Positions 57,087 to 64,000 of a stretch of DNA of 64,000 bases are shown here, in pieces. The stretch is taken from positions 162,181 through 226,180 of the forward strand of contig CAVSOV010000014.1 in the NCBI GenBank assembly GCA_963729675.1. Direction: 5' to 3'. The position numbers and the translations under genes are program-made. The stretch's first letter is position 1; each line of letters begins with the position of its first letter. Origin of the DNA: an uncultured Acidobacteriaceae bacterium. GTDB taxonomy: Bacteria; Acidobacteriota; Terriglobia; Terriglobales; Acidobacteriaceae. The notes below the pieces were generated by a model. That model made no database searches and was not told the DNA's origin. It saw only the letters and a program-made list of their open reading frames with translations.

Positions 57087-57908
57087 TTGGCGGAGCGGGT
57101 ACAGTGCGAGTTCTCTCTCATCCGGTATGTGCCGGATGTGGTGAAGGGAGAGTTTGCGAACATTGGCGTGGTGCTGCGCGAGGCGGGAGGTGCGGCCGGC
57201 GCGACCGTGCGATTCACACGCGACTGGAGTCGCGTGCGGTGCCTGGACCCGAATGCCGATGTGGAGCTGTTGGAGTCTCTGGAATCGGAGATTGCGGAGC
57301 GTCTGCGCGCAGGAGTTGAGCCGCGCGTGAACGCGAAACCCATGCTCGAACTATTGGAAGACACGCTTTCGAACAGCGTGCAAGTGACAGAGATGCGTGG
57401 GACGCTGGCGGAGAGTGTGCCAGCGGAGCTGGAACAGTTGATGCGGATGTATGTGGAGCCGCTCAAGGTTCCGGCGGTCCGCCGGAAGACGAGCGGGCGC
57501 ACGGCGATCGCAGGCAGGATGCGCGATGAGTTTGAGCGCGCCGGCGTGTGGGGGCTAATGCGGAAGCGAATCTCGGCCGCGCAGTACACGCGGCCGGGTG
57601 ATCCGCTGAAGATCGACTGCGGCTACCGGAACGGGCGCGTGCGCATGTTCCAGGCGGTGTCGCTGGAGAATGACGCGGAGGCGGCGAAGGGGCTCGCATT
57701 CTCGGCGGAGGCGCTGCGAGCGGGCGTGAGCCGAGTGGAAGGCATCGAGCTGGAGCTGACCGCGGTGATTGAGCCGATCACGTCAGTGGGGGATACGGAG
57801 ATGTATGGATTTGGCGTGGGAGCGATGGAGAGCGCGGCGATCCGTGTGCTCACCACGGCCGATCTCGGACGAGTTGCCGAGACGGCGCGGCGGGAGTTGC
57901 GAGTGTAA
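57087..57908 (+). CDS. DUF3037-domain protein, HipA-like kinase partner
   Basis: 'FSLIRYVPDVVKGEFANIGVVL' is the DUF3037 N-terminal signature. Confidence 0.85.
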   Translation: MAERVQCEFSLIRYVPDVVKGEFANIGVVLREAGGAAGATVRFTRDWSRVRCLDPNADVELLESLESEIAERLRAGVEPRVNAKPMLELLEDTLSNSVQVTEMRGTLAESVPAELEQLMRMYVEPLKVPAVRRKTSGRTAIAGRMRDEFERAGVWGLMRKRISAAQYTRPGDPLKIDCGYRNGRVRMFQAVSLENDAEAAKGLAFSAEALRAGVSRVEGIELELTAVIEPITSVGDTEMYGFGVGAMESAAIRVLTTADLGRVAETARRELRV

Positions 57909-57933
57909 TCGGTAGCTGAGGGTTGGATTCCTG

Positions 57934-57967
57934 AACGGCGTGGCTTCGGCTGCGCCGTTTGCTTTTT
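57934..57967 (+). terminator. Intrinsic terminator between DUF3037 gene and portal
   Basis: AACGGCGTGGC-TTCG-GCTGCGCCGTT then TGCTTTTT. Confidence 0.7.
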
Positions 57968-57984
57968 GAGCGAGAGGAGAGCGG

Positions 57985-59229
57985 ATGGGTGTTGGTGCAG
58001 CGGTGAAGGAGATGTGGGACCGGGTGACAGGAGTTCAGGCAGAACAGGAATCGGAGGGTGCGCGCAAGACGGTCGCCGCGCCGCTAGCGGGATCGATCTT
58101 CGCTCCCGCACGCAGCGGAGTCGGAGTGAACACGCTGCCGAAACCAACAGCCGCGAATTTGCGGAGGTTTGCGGAGACGCCGGCGGCGAGACGCGCGATC
58201 AACTGTATCAAAGACAAGATTGCGTGCATGGAGTGGAGGCTGGAAGCGAAGCCGGATGCGGGCGATGAGAATGCAGAGACCCGTGCTGAGCGCGCGCGCG
58301 CCCTGCGGCGGGCGTTCGAAACGCCAAACGAAAGCGATAGCTTCCGTACGTTCATCGAGCAGGTGATCGAGGATGTGCTGGTTGGCGGTTTCGGCGCGGC
58401 GGAGATTGAAGTGACCTCGGACGTTGCAGCTCCGGTGCGGTTATATCCGGTGGACGGAGCGACGATCAAAATTAACTCGCATTGGAACGGTGATCCGAAT
58501 CAGCCGCGTTATGAGCAGGTGACGGGACGTCTCGGCAAAGATGCTGTGATGCCGTTGCTCGATGCGGAGTTGATGTATGTGCGGCTGAATCCACGCACGC
58601 ACACGGTGTTTGGGCTGGGCAAGATCGAGGTTGCCTTCGAGACGATCTCGCAGTTCCTGCAGGCGCACCGGTACGCGGGACGCCTGGCGGCGAACAGCGT
58701 TGTGCAGTATGCACTCTGGATGCAGGACCGCACACCAGAGCAGCACGAGCGACTGATCCAGTGGTGGCAGGACGAGGTGGAGGGCACCGGGCGCGTTCCG
58801 GTGATGAGCTCCGAGACTCCACCGCAGGTGCTGCGTTTTGGCGGTGGCACGGACGCTGATCTGAGACTCCAGTGGCAGCAGTTTCTGCTGACGATGATTG
58901 CCAATGCGTTCGATCTGCCGGCGATGTTACTGGGAGTTTCGGCGGATGTGAACCGCTCGACAGCATCGGAGTTCGCTCAGGAGGCGTTCGACAACGCGGT
59001 GGTTCCGCTGGCGAAACTGATTGCCGACCATCTGACGCGGGACGTCATCGTGAAGCGGCTTGGCTGGGATGATCTGCGGTTCGTATGGAACGAGTTGGAC
59101 AGCCGCGATGAATCGACAGAGGTTCAGATTCAGCTGGAGCTGCTGAAGGCCGGCGTACTGACAGTTGAGGAGGTGAGAACGATGCGTGGTCTTCCGGAAT
59201 TGCCGGCGACGACTACGCAGAAGCAGTAG
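57985..59229 (+). CDS. Phage portal protein (HK97-like)
   Basis: 414 aa; 'TPNESDSFRTFIEQVIEDVLVGG', 'LYPVDG', 'FGLGKIE', 'IANAFDLPAMLLG', 'GVLTVEEVR..RGLP'. Confidence 0.9.
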   Translation: MGVGAAVKEMWDRVTGVQAEQESEGARKTVAAPLAGSIFAPARSGVGVNTLPKPTAANLRRFAETPAARRAINCIKDKIACMEWRLEAKPDAGDENAETRAERARALRRAFETPNESDSFRTFIEQVIEDVLVGGFGAAEIEVTSDVAAPVRLYPVDGATIKINSHWNGDPNQPRYEQVTGRLGKDAVMPLLDAELMYVRLNPRTHTVFGLGKIEVAFETISQFLQAHRYAGRLAANSVVQYALWMQDRTPEQHERLIQWWQDEVEGTGRVPVMSSETPPQVLRFGGGTDADLRLQWQQFLLTMIANAFDLPAMLLGVSADVNRSTASEFAQEAFDNAVVPLAKLIADHLTRDVIVKRLGWDDLRFVWNELDSRDESTEVQIQLELLKAGVLTVEEVRTMRGLPELPATTTQKQ

Positions 59230-59264
59230 CGAAAGAGAGATGTAACAACAGCCAGGAGGAGTAA

Positions 59265-59837
59265 TTGAGAGAGATGGAGGCGCGGCTGTCGAGGTCGCGC
59301 GGTTTGGCTGTGGCAGCGATGGCGGTGGAGTTCCCCGAAGTGAGTGGGCATCCGAATCGCCTGCCGTTTGAGGGATGTCTGACGCTGGTGGATGTGCCGA
59401 GCGATCGGGCACCGAGTGGAGCGCGAGGGCATCGCGTGGTGTTGACGAAGGAAGCTGCAGAAAAGGCGTTGCCGAGTCTGCTGGGCATGGCCGTCGACTA
59501 CAAGGCCGGGTGGGACGGACATGATGCGCGGCAGAAGTGCGGCATCATCACGTCGGCGCATCTCGAGGGACAGCGGCTTATGGTCAGCGGATTTCTGTTC
59601 GCGCGTGACTTCCCCGAACTGGAGAGACGCATGTGCGGCGTGAACGCGAGTGCTGACGGTGAGATGGGCATGAGCTATGAGCTTGCCGATGCGCACGTGG
59701 CGGATATGCGCGCGCAGGTGTGGACGCTGACTCGGGCGACGTTCACGGGTGCGGCAATCCTGCTGCGCGAGAAGGCGGCGTATCGAAACACGTCGTTCAA
59801 ACTTCGCAGACGTTGTAACGGACGAACAGCGGCTTAA
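59265..59837 (+). CDS. Prohead protease-like protein
   Basis: Position after portal; 'GHDAR' His, 'GMSYE' Ser and 'GAAILL..KAAY' resemble HK97/assemblin-type maturation proteases. Confidence 0.6.
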   Translation: MREMEARLSRSRGLAVAAMAVEFPEVSGHPNRLPFEGCLTLVDVPSDRAPSGARGHRVVLTKEAAEKALPSLLGMAVDYKAGWDGHDARQKCGIITSAHLEGQRLMVSGFLFARDFPELERRMCGVNASADGEMGMSYELADAHVADMRAQVWTLTRATFTGAAILLREKAAYRNTSFKLRRRCNGRTAA

Positions 59838-59857
59838 GAGCGACTGGAGGAAAAGGA

Positions 59858-60286
59858 ATGGAAGAGATGACTGCAGGTGAGTTGCAGACAGCGGCCGACA
59901 GACTGATGGAAGCGGCGTCGGCGCTGGAACGTACGGTGCTGCGCATGGCCGAGCAACAAGTGGCGCTCGCGGCCGAGGCGGAGTCGCAGGTGAGCCGCAT
60001 CGTTGCGACGGTGGAGACGCAGCGCGAGGCGGAACTGGAGCGCAAGCTCGCTGAGGCCGAGGCGAAGATCGCCGAGCTGGTCGCGTCTGCAGGTGTGCAG
60101 CCCGCCGGCCGTAAGACGCTGCCGACCTCGATGGCAACGATGCTCGCGAAGCAGGGCGTGGTGATGGACTCGGTGGAGGCAGGTGCGATTGATGGGGCGC
60201 TCACGAGTCTCAGCATCGAGCAGCGGATTGCTGTGAAGTCGGAGTTGATTCGCGCTGGCGTGCTGAATCCGTCGGACCGCGGCTAA
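59858..60286 (+). CDS. Coiled-coil scaffold-like protein
   Basis: Ala/Glu-rich heptads ('ELERKLAEAEAKIAEL') between protease and capsid genes. Confidence 0.55.
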   Translation: MEEMTAGELQTAADRLMEAASALERTVLRMAEQQVALAAEAESQVSRIVATVETQREAELERKLAEAEAKIAELVASAGVQPAGRKTLPTSMATMLAKQGVVMDSVEAGAIDGALTSLSIEQRIAVKSELIRAGVLNPSDRG

Positions 60287-60308
60287 GCGCAACGAATTCG
60301 TACAACGC

Positions 60309-60345
60309 GAGAGGGTGCAGCGAAGGCTGCGCCCTCTTTCCTTTG
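60309..60345 (+). terminator. Hairpin between scaffold and capsid genes
   Basis: GAGAGGGTGCAGC-GAAG-GCTGCGCCCTCTT followed by TCCTTT. Confidence 0.55.
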
Positions 60346-60377
60346 CAAAAACAGGCAACAACAACTGAGGAGAATGA

Positions 60378-61349
60378 ATGAACGCGAAGTTTACTGAGAT
60401 CAGCGCAGCGGCGGACTACATCGGACCCGGCGCAATTGAGGTTCCCCTTTACCAGACCGAGATTCTCGACCTGGTTCGCCGCCGCGGTCCCTTTGGCCAG
60501 CGCATCAAGCAGGTGCCTGCGACCGGCCATCCGTCGCGCTACTTTGAGGAGCAGGCGATTCCCTCGCCCGCGGCATCCGCTGGCTTCATGGATCCGCGCA
60601 ATCTTGTGCCGCCCGTCGTGAGCCCGACGCGCGTGGAGCGCTCCGTTCCGCTGAAGGCGCTGGTCGCGCAGATCAACTACAACCTGTTCGATCTCGAGCT
60701 TGGCAAGCAGCAGGGCCAGTTCGCCTATCTGCAGGCGAAGGACCTCACCGACACCGTCGACGGCGTCCTGCGCACGCATGACGTCGCGCTGTGGAACGGC
60801 ACGGACACCAGCCTGAGCTCGCCGACGACGGCGCAGTACTTCGGCGCTGCCGGACAGATCGCCGGTGGTGGCAACACGGTAACCATCGGCGCTTCGGAGT
60901 CTATCGTCGATGGCCTCAAGTCCACGATCGCGCAGATGCTTTCGAACACCAGCTACGGCGTCCGTCCGACGGCGATCTACGCGAACCCGGTTCTGCTTGA
61001 CCTCATCGATCGCGAGATGAAGAGCGAGTTCAATGTCGTGTTGAACACAAAGGCCATCGAGGGCGGCTTCACTGTAAAGACGCTCTCTACGCAGGCCGGC
61101 GACATTCCGCTGATTCCAGAGTGGACACTGCCGTACACCGGCACGCCTGGGTCGGGTAGCGCTGTGCTTCCCGCGTACATCGTCACCGAGGACCTGATCG
61201 AGTATCACTGGCTCGGCGATCCCAACCCGCGCGTCTTCCAGCTGGGCATGCCCGGTTCGCTCGCGAGCCAGTATGTCGCGGTGAAGTTCGGCGCCGTTGT
61301 GGTGAAGGGCGCGAACTACGCGCACTACCAGGTGCTCGTCGACCGCTAA
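60378..61349 (+). CDS. Major capsid protein (HK97-fold inferred)
   Basis: 323 aa, strong GAGGAG RBS, host-like C-ending codon bias, canonical position; 'LWNGT', 'PTAIYANP'. Confidence 0.75.
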   Translation: MNAKFTEISAAADYIGPGAIEVPLYQTEILDLVRRRGPFGQRIKQVPATGHPSRYFEEQAIPSPAASAGFMDPRNLVPPVVSPTRVERSVPLKALVAQINYNLFDLELGKQQGQFAYLQAKDLTDTVDGVLRTHDVALWNGTDTSLSSPTTAQYFGAAGQIAGGGNTVTIGASESIVDGLKSTIAQMLSNTSYGVRPTAIYANPVLLDLIDREMKSEFNVVLNTKAIEGGFTVKTLSTQAGDIPLIPEWTLPYTGTPGSGSAVLPAYIVTEDLIEYHWLGDPNPRVFQLGMPGSLASQYVAVKFGAVVVKGANYAHYQVLVDR

Positions 61350-61419
61350 ACAGCGGTCGCCGAAATAGACCGCTAAACAGCAGCGTTGTCGCGGCTCAAT
61401 GACCCGAGCTGCAAGAAAT

Positions 61420-61461
61420 CCGCGGCGCGGCAAGGGAGAACCTGCTCTTGCCGCGCTGCGG
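61420..61461 (+). terminator. Long hairpin after capsid gene
   Basis: CCGCGGCGCGGCAAGGG...CTCTTGCCGCGCTGCGG. Confidence 0.6.
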
Positions 61462-61508
61462 ACAAAACTCTTCCTGCGCAAGCGGAAGGAATCTTTACGG
61501 AGGTGAGG

Positions 61509-62114
61509 ATGGGCTATCTATTGCCCTCGGACTATGTGGCGTACGGGCTGACGGCAGACACGCAGGACTCGTGGGTGACGGCGGCCTCGGCCATGATGGA
61601 GGCGTACTGCAAGCGGCCCACGCTGATGTCTGCGAGTTACACAGAGTATCTTCGGGTCTCGCGTCATACGCAGCGTGTGCGGCTGAGCTACGGTCCGCTG
61701 ATCAGCGTCGATGCAGTGCAGGCACGGTATGCGCGGCCTTCGCGAATGTTTCTCGAGGAGCAGCCCTTCGCGGTTGAGTTCGCCGAGGTCTTCGGCCTGC
61801 CGGGCACGTGGGCGACTGTTGATCCGGCGACGCTCGAGGTGAGTGTGCCTCTGGGTGAGTTTCGCTTCCCGTGGAATGTGATGGGACTGCGCTACGCGGA
61901 GGCAGAGGTGACCTACACTGCGGGGTTGACGACTGTGCCGGATGCGGTGAAGGTCGCGTGCGCGCAGATTGTGAAGAACGCGCAGGCTACCCCCGGCCTG
62001 AATGTGAAGTCGAGCAAACTGGATACGCTGCAGACGCAGTACTTCAGCGACTCGCTGCTGGACACCCAGGTGAAGGCAATGCTGCGGCCGTACGTTGCAG
62101 AGAGGATGGCTTAA
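61509..62114 (+). CDS. Head-tail connector (gp6/gp15-like)
   Basis: 'AASAMMEAYCKR', 'EVTYTAG..TVPDAVKVAC', 'VKAMLRPY' typical of siphovirus and GTA adaptors. Confidence 0.75.
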   Translation: MGYLLPSDYVAYGLTADTQDSWVTAASAMMEAYCKRPTLMSASYTEYLRVSRHTQRVRLSYGPLISVDAVQARYARPSRMFLEEQPFAVEFAEVFGLPGTWATVDPATLEVSVPLGEFRFPWNVMGLRYAEAEVTYTAGLTTVPDAVKVACAQIVKNAQATPGLNVKSSKLDTLQTQYFSDSLLDTQVKAMLRPYVAERMA

Positions 62115-62115
62115 C

Positions 62116-62511
62116 ATGGCTGACCTTCTATGCAGCGACGCGGCAGTGCGTAGCGCGGATGCATTGCTGAGAGCGAATGGCGGGCGGGCTGTGCTGCTTC
62201 GTCTTCCGGCGCCCGCCGTCGCGAACAACGACAGCGAGCAACTTGGACTTGCAACACCGCAGTTCCAGGATGTGGAACTCGCGCCGGCGACCTTTCGCGC
62301 GGCGGCCAAGACATCGACGCTGCTGATCTCCGGAAGCGCCGTGAAGGCAGTTGTGGGGAGCTTGAAATTCAATTCGGCAGAGGTGCTGTTTGAGACGGCA
62401 GCCGGAGTAGTTATCGATGGCGTGCTGTACACGATTCTGTCGAGCACAGCGACAACCGCGGATGGAGCGACTTATCTGTACAGCCTGGAGCTGGTTGCGC
62501 CTGATCGCTAG
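62116..62511 (+). CDS. Putative head-closure/head-tail joining protein
   Basis: 131 aa beta-rich protein ('VVIDGVLYTILS'); positional inference. Confidence 0.5.
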   Translation: MADLLCSDAAVRSADALLRANGGRAVLLRLPAPAVANNDSEQLGLATPQFQDVELAPATFRAAAKTSTLLISGSAVKAVVGSLKFNSAEVLFETAAGVVIDGVLYTILSSTATTADGATYLYSLELVAPDR

Positions 62512-62540
62512 AGGATGGTCGCGAAAGACATGGAGGAAGT

Positions 62541-63047
62541 TTGCAGAACGCGAAGGATACGTTTTACGAGCTGCTGCGTTCGCGCATTGCGGCTGCAAAT
62601 CCGGAGCGCACCATCGTGCTGCGCGGGGTGACGCGGCCGGGTGTGCTGGTTGAGGAAAACGAGCTTGTCTCGACGGTGACAATCTCCGACTGCTTTCGCC
62701 TGCGGTGGACCGACGCCACTGTGGATTCGGACAATGCGACGCCCATTGCAACGATGACCTGCGAGGTGTCGTACGAGACGGCGGGAACTGCAGGCAATGC
62801 CGGCATGGATCGCGGGCGGCTGCTGACGGCAATGGATGCCGAGCTTACTGAAGCGCTGAACAGCACGCCGCAAACCGCGATCAAGCAGAGCTATGCCGCG
62901 CTCGCAACGGGCGGAAGCGCGACGGCGATGAGCACGAACATCTGGTGGAGCGACGCAGAGCTTGGGCCTCTTGCGGTGAAGGCTGACCGCATTGGGCGAA
63001 CGGCCAAGGTGACGGTGATGAGCTGCGAGGAAGCAGGTGAGCTTTGA
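62541..63047 (+). CDS. Putative tail terminator
   Basis: 168 aa, GGAGGA RBS; positional inference. Confidence 0.45.
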   Translation: MQNAKDTFYELLRSRIAAANPERTIVLRGVTRPGVLVEENELVSTVTISDCFRLRWTDATVDSDNATPIATMTCEVSYETAGTAGNAGMDRGRLLTAMDAELTEALNSTPQTAIKQSYAALATGGSATAMSTNIWWSDAELGPLAVKADRIGRTAKVTVMSCEEAGEL

Positions 63048-63985
63048 ATTTGACGACAGAGACGATGCCTCCTGCGGTTCGCAGAGTGCGAGCCTATTTT
63101 GCGCCGGTGAATCGAGGAGCGAAGCAACCGACGATCTTCGACCCGGCGCAGCAGGGGATGTTCATGCCCGATGCGCCGCCTGCACCGTGGATTGACCTGG
63201 GGTGGATCAACGGGTTTGCGAGGAAGTCGGGGACGAAGATTGAGCCGGTGCTGGCCGGTGCACCTGCAACCCCGCAGATGCAGAGCCGCAATGCGGTCGA
63301 TGCGACGGTGGCCTTTCAGTTTGCGAGTTGGGGCAAGCTGCAGATGGCTCTCGCTGCGGGAACGCAGCAGATGAATCTGCTGAAGGCTCAGACTGGAGCA
63401 GCTGCCGCGGGATCTGGCGGAGTTGCGATTCCAGCGGTCGTTCTACAGAGCGGATCGACGGCGAGTGTGTTGCAGCTTGGTTCCGCAGCCGCAGACTTTG
63501 CGGTTGGCGAGACCGTTGTGGTCGACATCGACTACACGGGACAGCTGGGGTTCGTTGGGAGTGCCATCAGCGGAGCGTATGTGAAGAGCGCCCTGACGGA
63601 CGTCGACTATGTCCGCCGGGTGTCGCTGAACGTTGGGCGCATCTCAGCGATTGCGAACGGCGCGTTGACACTCGAGCAGCCGCTTCTGGCGGGGGCTCCG
63701 GCGAGCTCGATGAAGGTAAGCAGCGTCACTGGATTCTGCGATCGCGAGGGGTCTACGTTCTTTCAGGAATGGTCGGCGCTCTTTGTGGCGGAGGGTCAGC
63801 AGGGCGAACGCGTGCTGTGGCACTATCCGCGACTGCAGGCGATGGCGAGTGCTGCGGAGACCTCGGCTACCAGCGGTGGTGGGCTCGAGGTGCTGCGTCA
63901 GAGCGCGGCGTTTCGTGCGCTGCCAGTGAAGGATCCGGTGGATGGCGAGAGCGTTGTGTGCTTCCGCAGCTTCGTTTCGTGCTGA
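63044..63985 (+). CDS. Putative major tail (tube) protein
   Basis: 313 aa; 'PWIDLGWI' N-terminal motif and position after the terminator-like gene. Confidence 0.55.
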   Translation: MNLTTETMPPAVRRVRAYFAPVNRGAKQPTIFDPAQQGMFMPDAPPAPWIDLGWINGFARKSGTKIEPVLAGAPATPQMQSRNAVDATVAFQFASWGKLQMALAAGTQQMNLLKAQTGAAAAGSGGVAIPAVVLQSGSTASVLQLGSAAADFAVGETVVVDIDYTGQLGFVGSAISGAYVKSALTDVDYVRRVSLNVGRISAIANGALTLEQPLLAGAPASSMKVSSVTGFCDREGSTFFQEWSALFVAEGQQGERVLWHYPRLQAMASAAETSATSGGGLEVLRQSAAFRALPVKDPVDGESVVCFRSFVSC

Positions 63986-64000
63986 TGTTGACGGTGCCCC

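Larger units (their letters stand above)
47019..64000 (+). mobile_element. Phage-derived head-tail cluster plus separated regulatory module (GTA-like or domesticated prophage); continues past the window edge
   Basis: TerL-portal-protease-scaffold-MCP-connector-tail order; no integrase, repressor, replication or lysis genes in the window; host genes interleaved at 48769-50942. Confidence 0.65.

Noticed and set aside
60378-61349. Encapsulin nanocompartment
   Set aside because: Context with terminase, portal, connectors and tail genes indicates a DNA-packaging virion capsid.

Overview
High-GC bacterial chromosomal window whose gene content points to Acidobacteriota (Terriglobia-like): Oar-type TonB receptors ending in ...AAKFYF, an acidobacterial-type VWA protein and GT-C membrane glycosyltransferases. 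This taxon call is an inference. Many genes, including essential gyrA, carry single-base frameshifts, mostly in homopolymers, so the sequence is probably an imperfectly polished long-read assembly. Left to right: surface-glycan modification genes, two tandem TonB-dependent receptors, gyrA, a lower-GC DarTG (darT-darG) toxin-antitoxin/anti-phage module, small secreted proteins, a radical SAM protein with the motif layout of archaeal tetraether synthase (Tes/MJ0619), mutS2, and housekeeping genes through greA-ruvX and mltG. The most interesting part is 47-64 kb. It is a co-oriented, host-like phage head-tail cluster: TerL, portal, prohead protease, scaffold, major capsid, head-tail connectors and tail tube. 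No integrase, repressor, replication or lysis genes are seen in the window. A HipA-like kinase/DUF3037 pair sits between terL and portal, and a signal-peptide-bearing fibre-like protein precedes terL. A separate upstream module (structured ~260 nt leader RNA, Zn-finger, sigma-4/HTH activator-like gene, TerS-like gene) is split from the cluster by ordinary host genes. This layout suggests a domesticated, gene-transfer-agent (GTA)-like element in Acidobacteria. The right end of the element lies outside the window.
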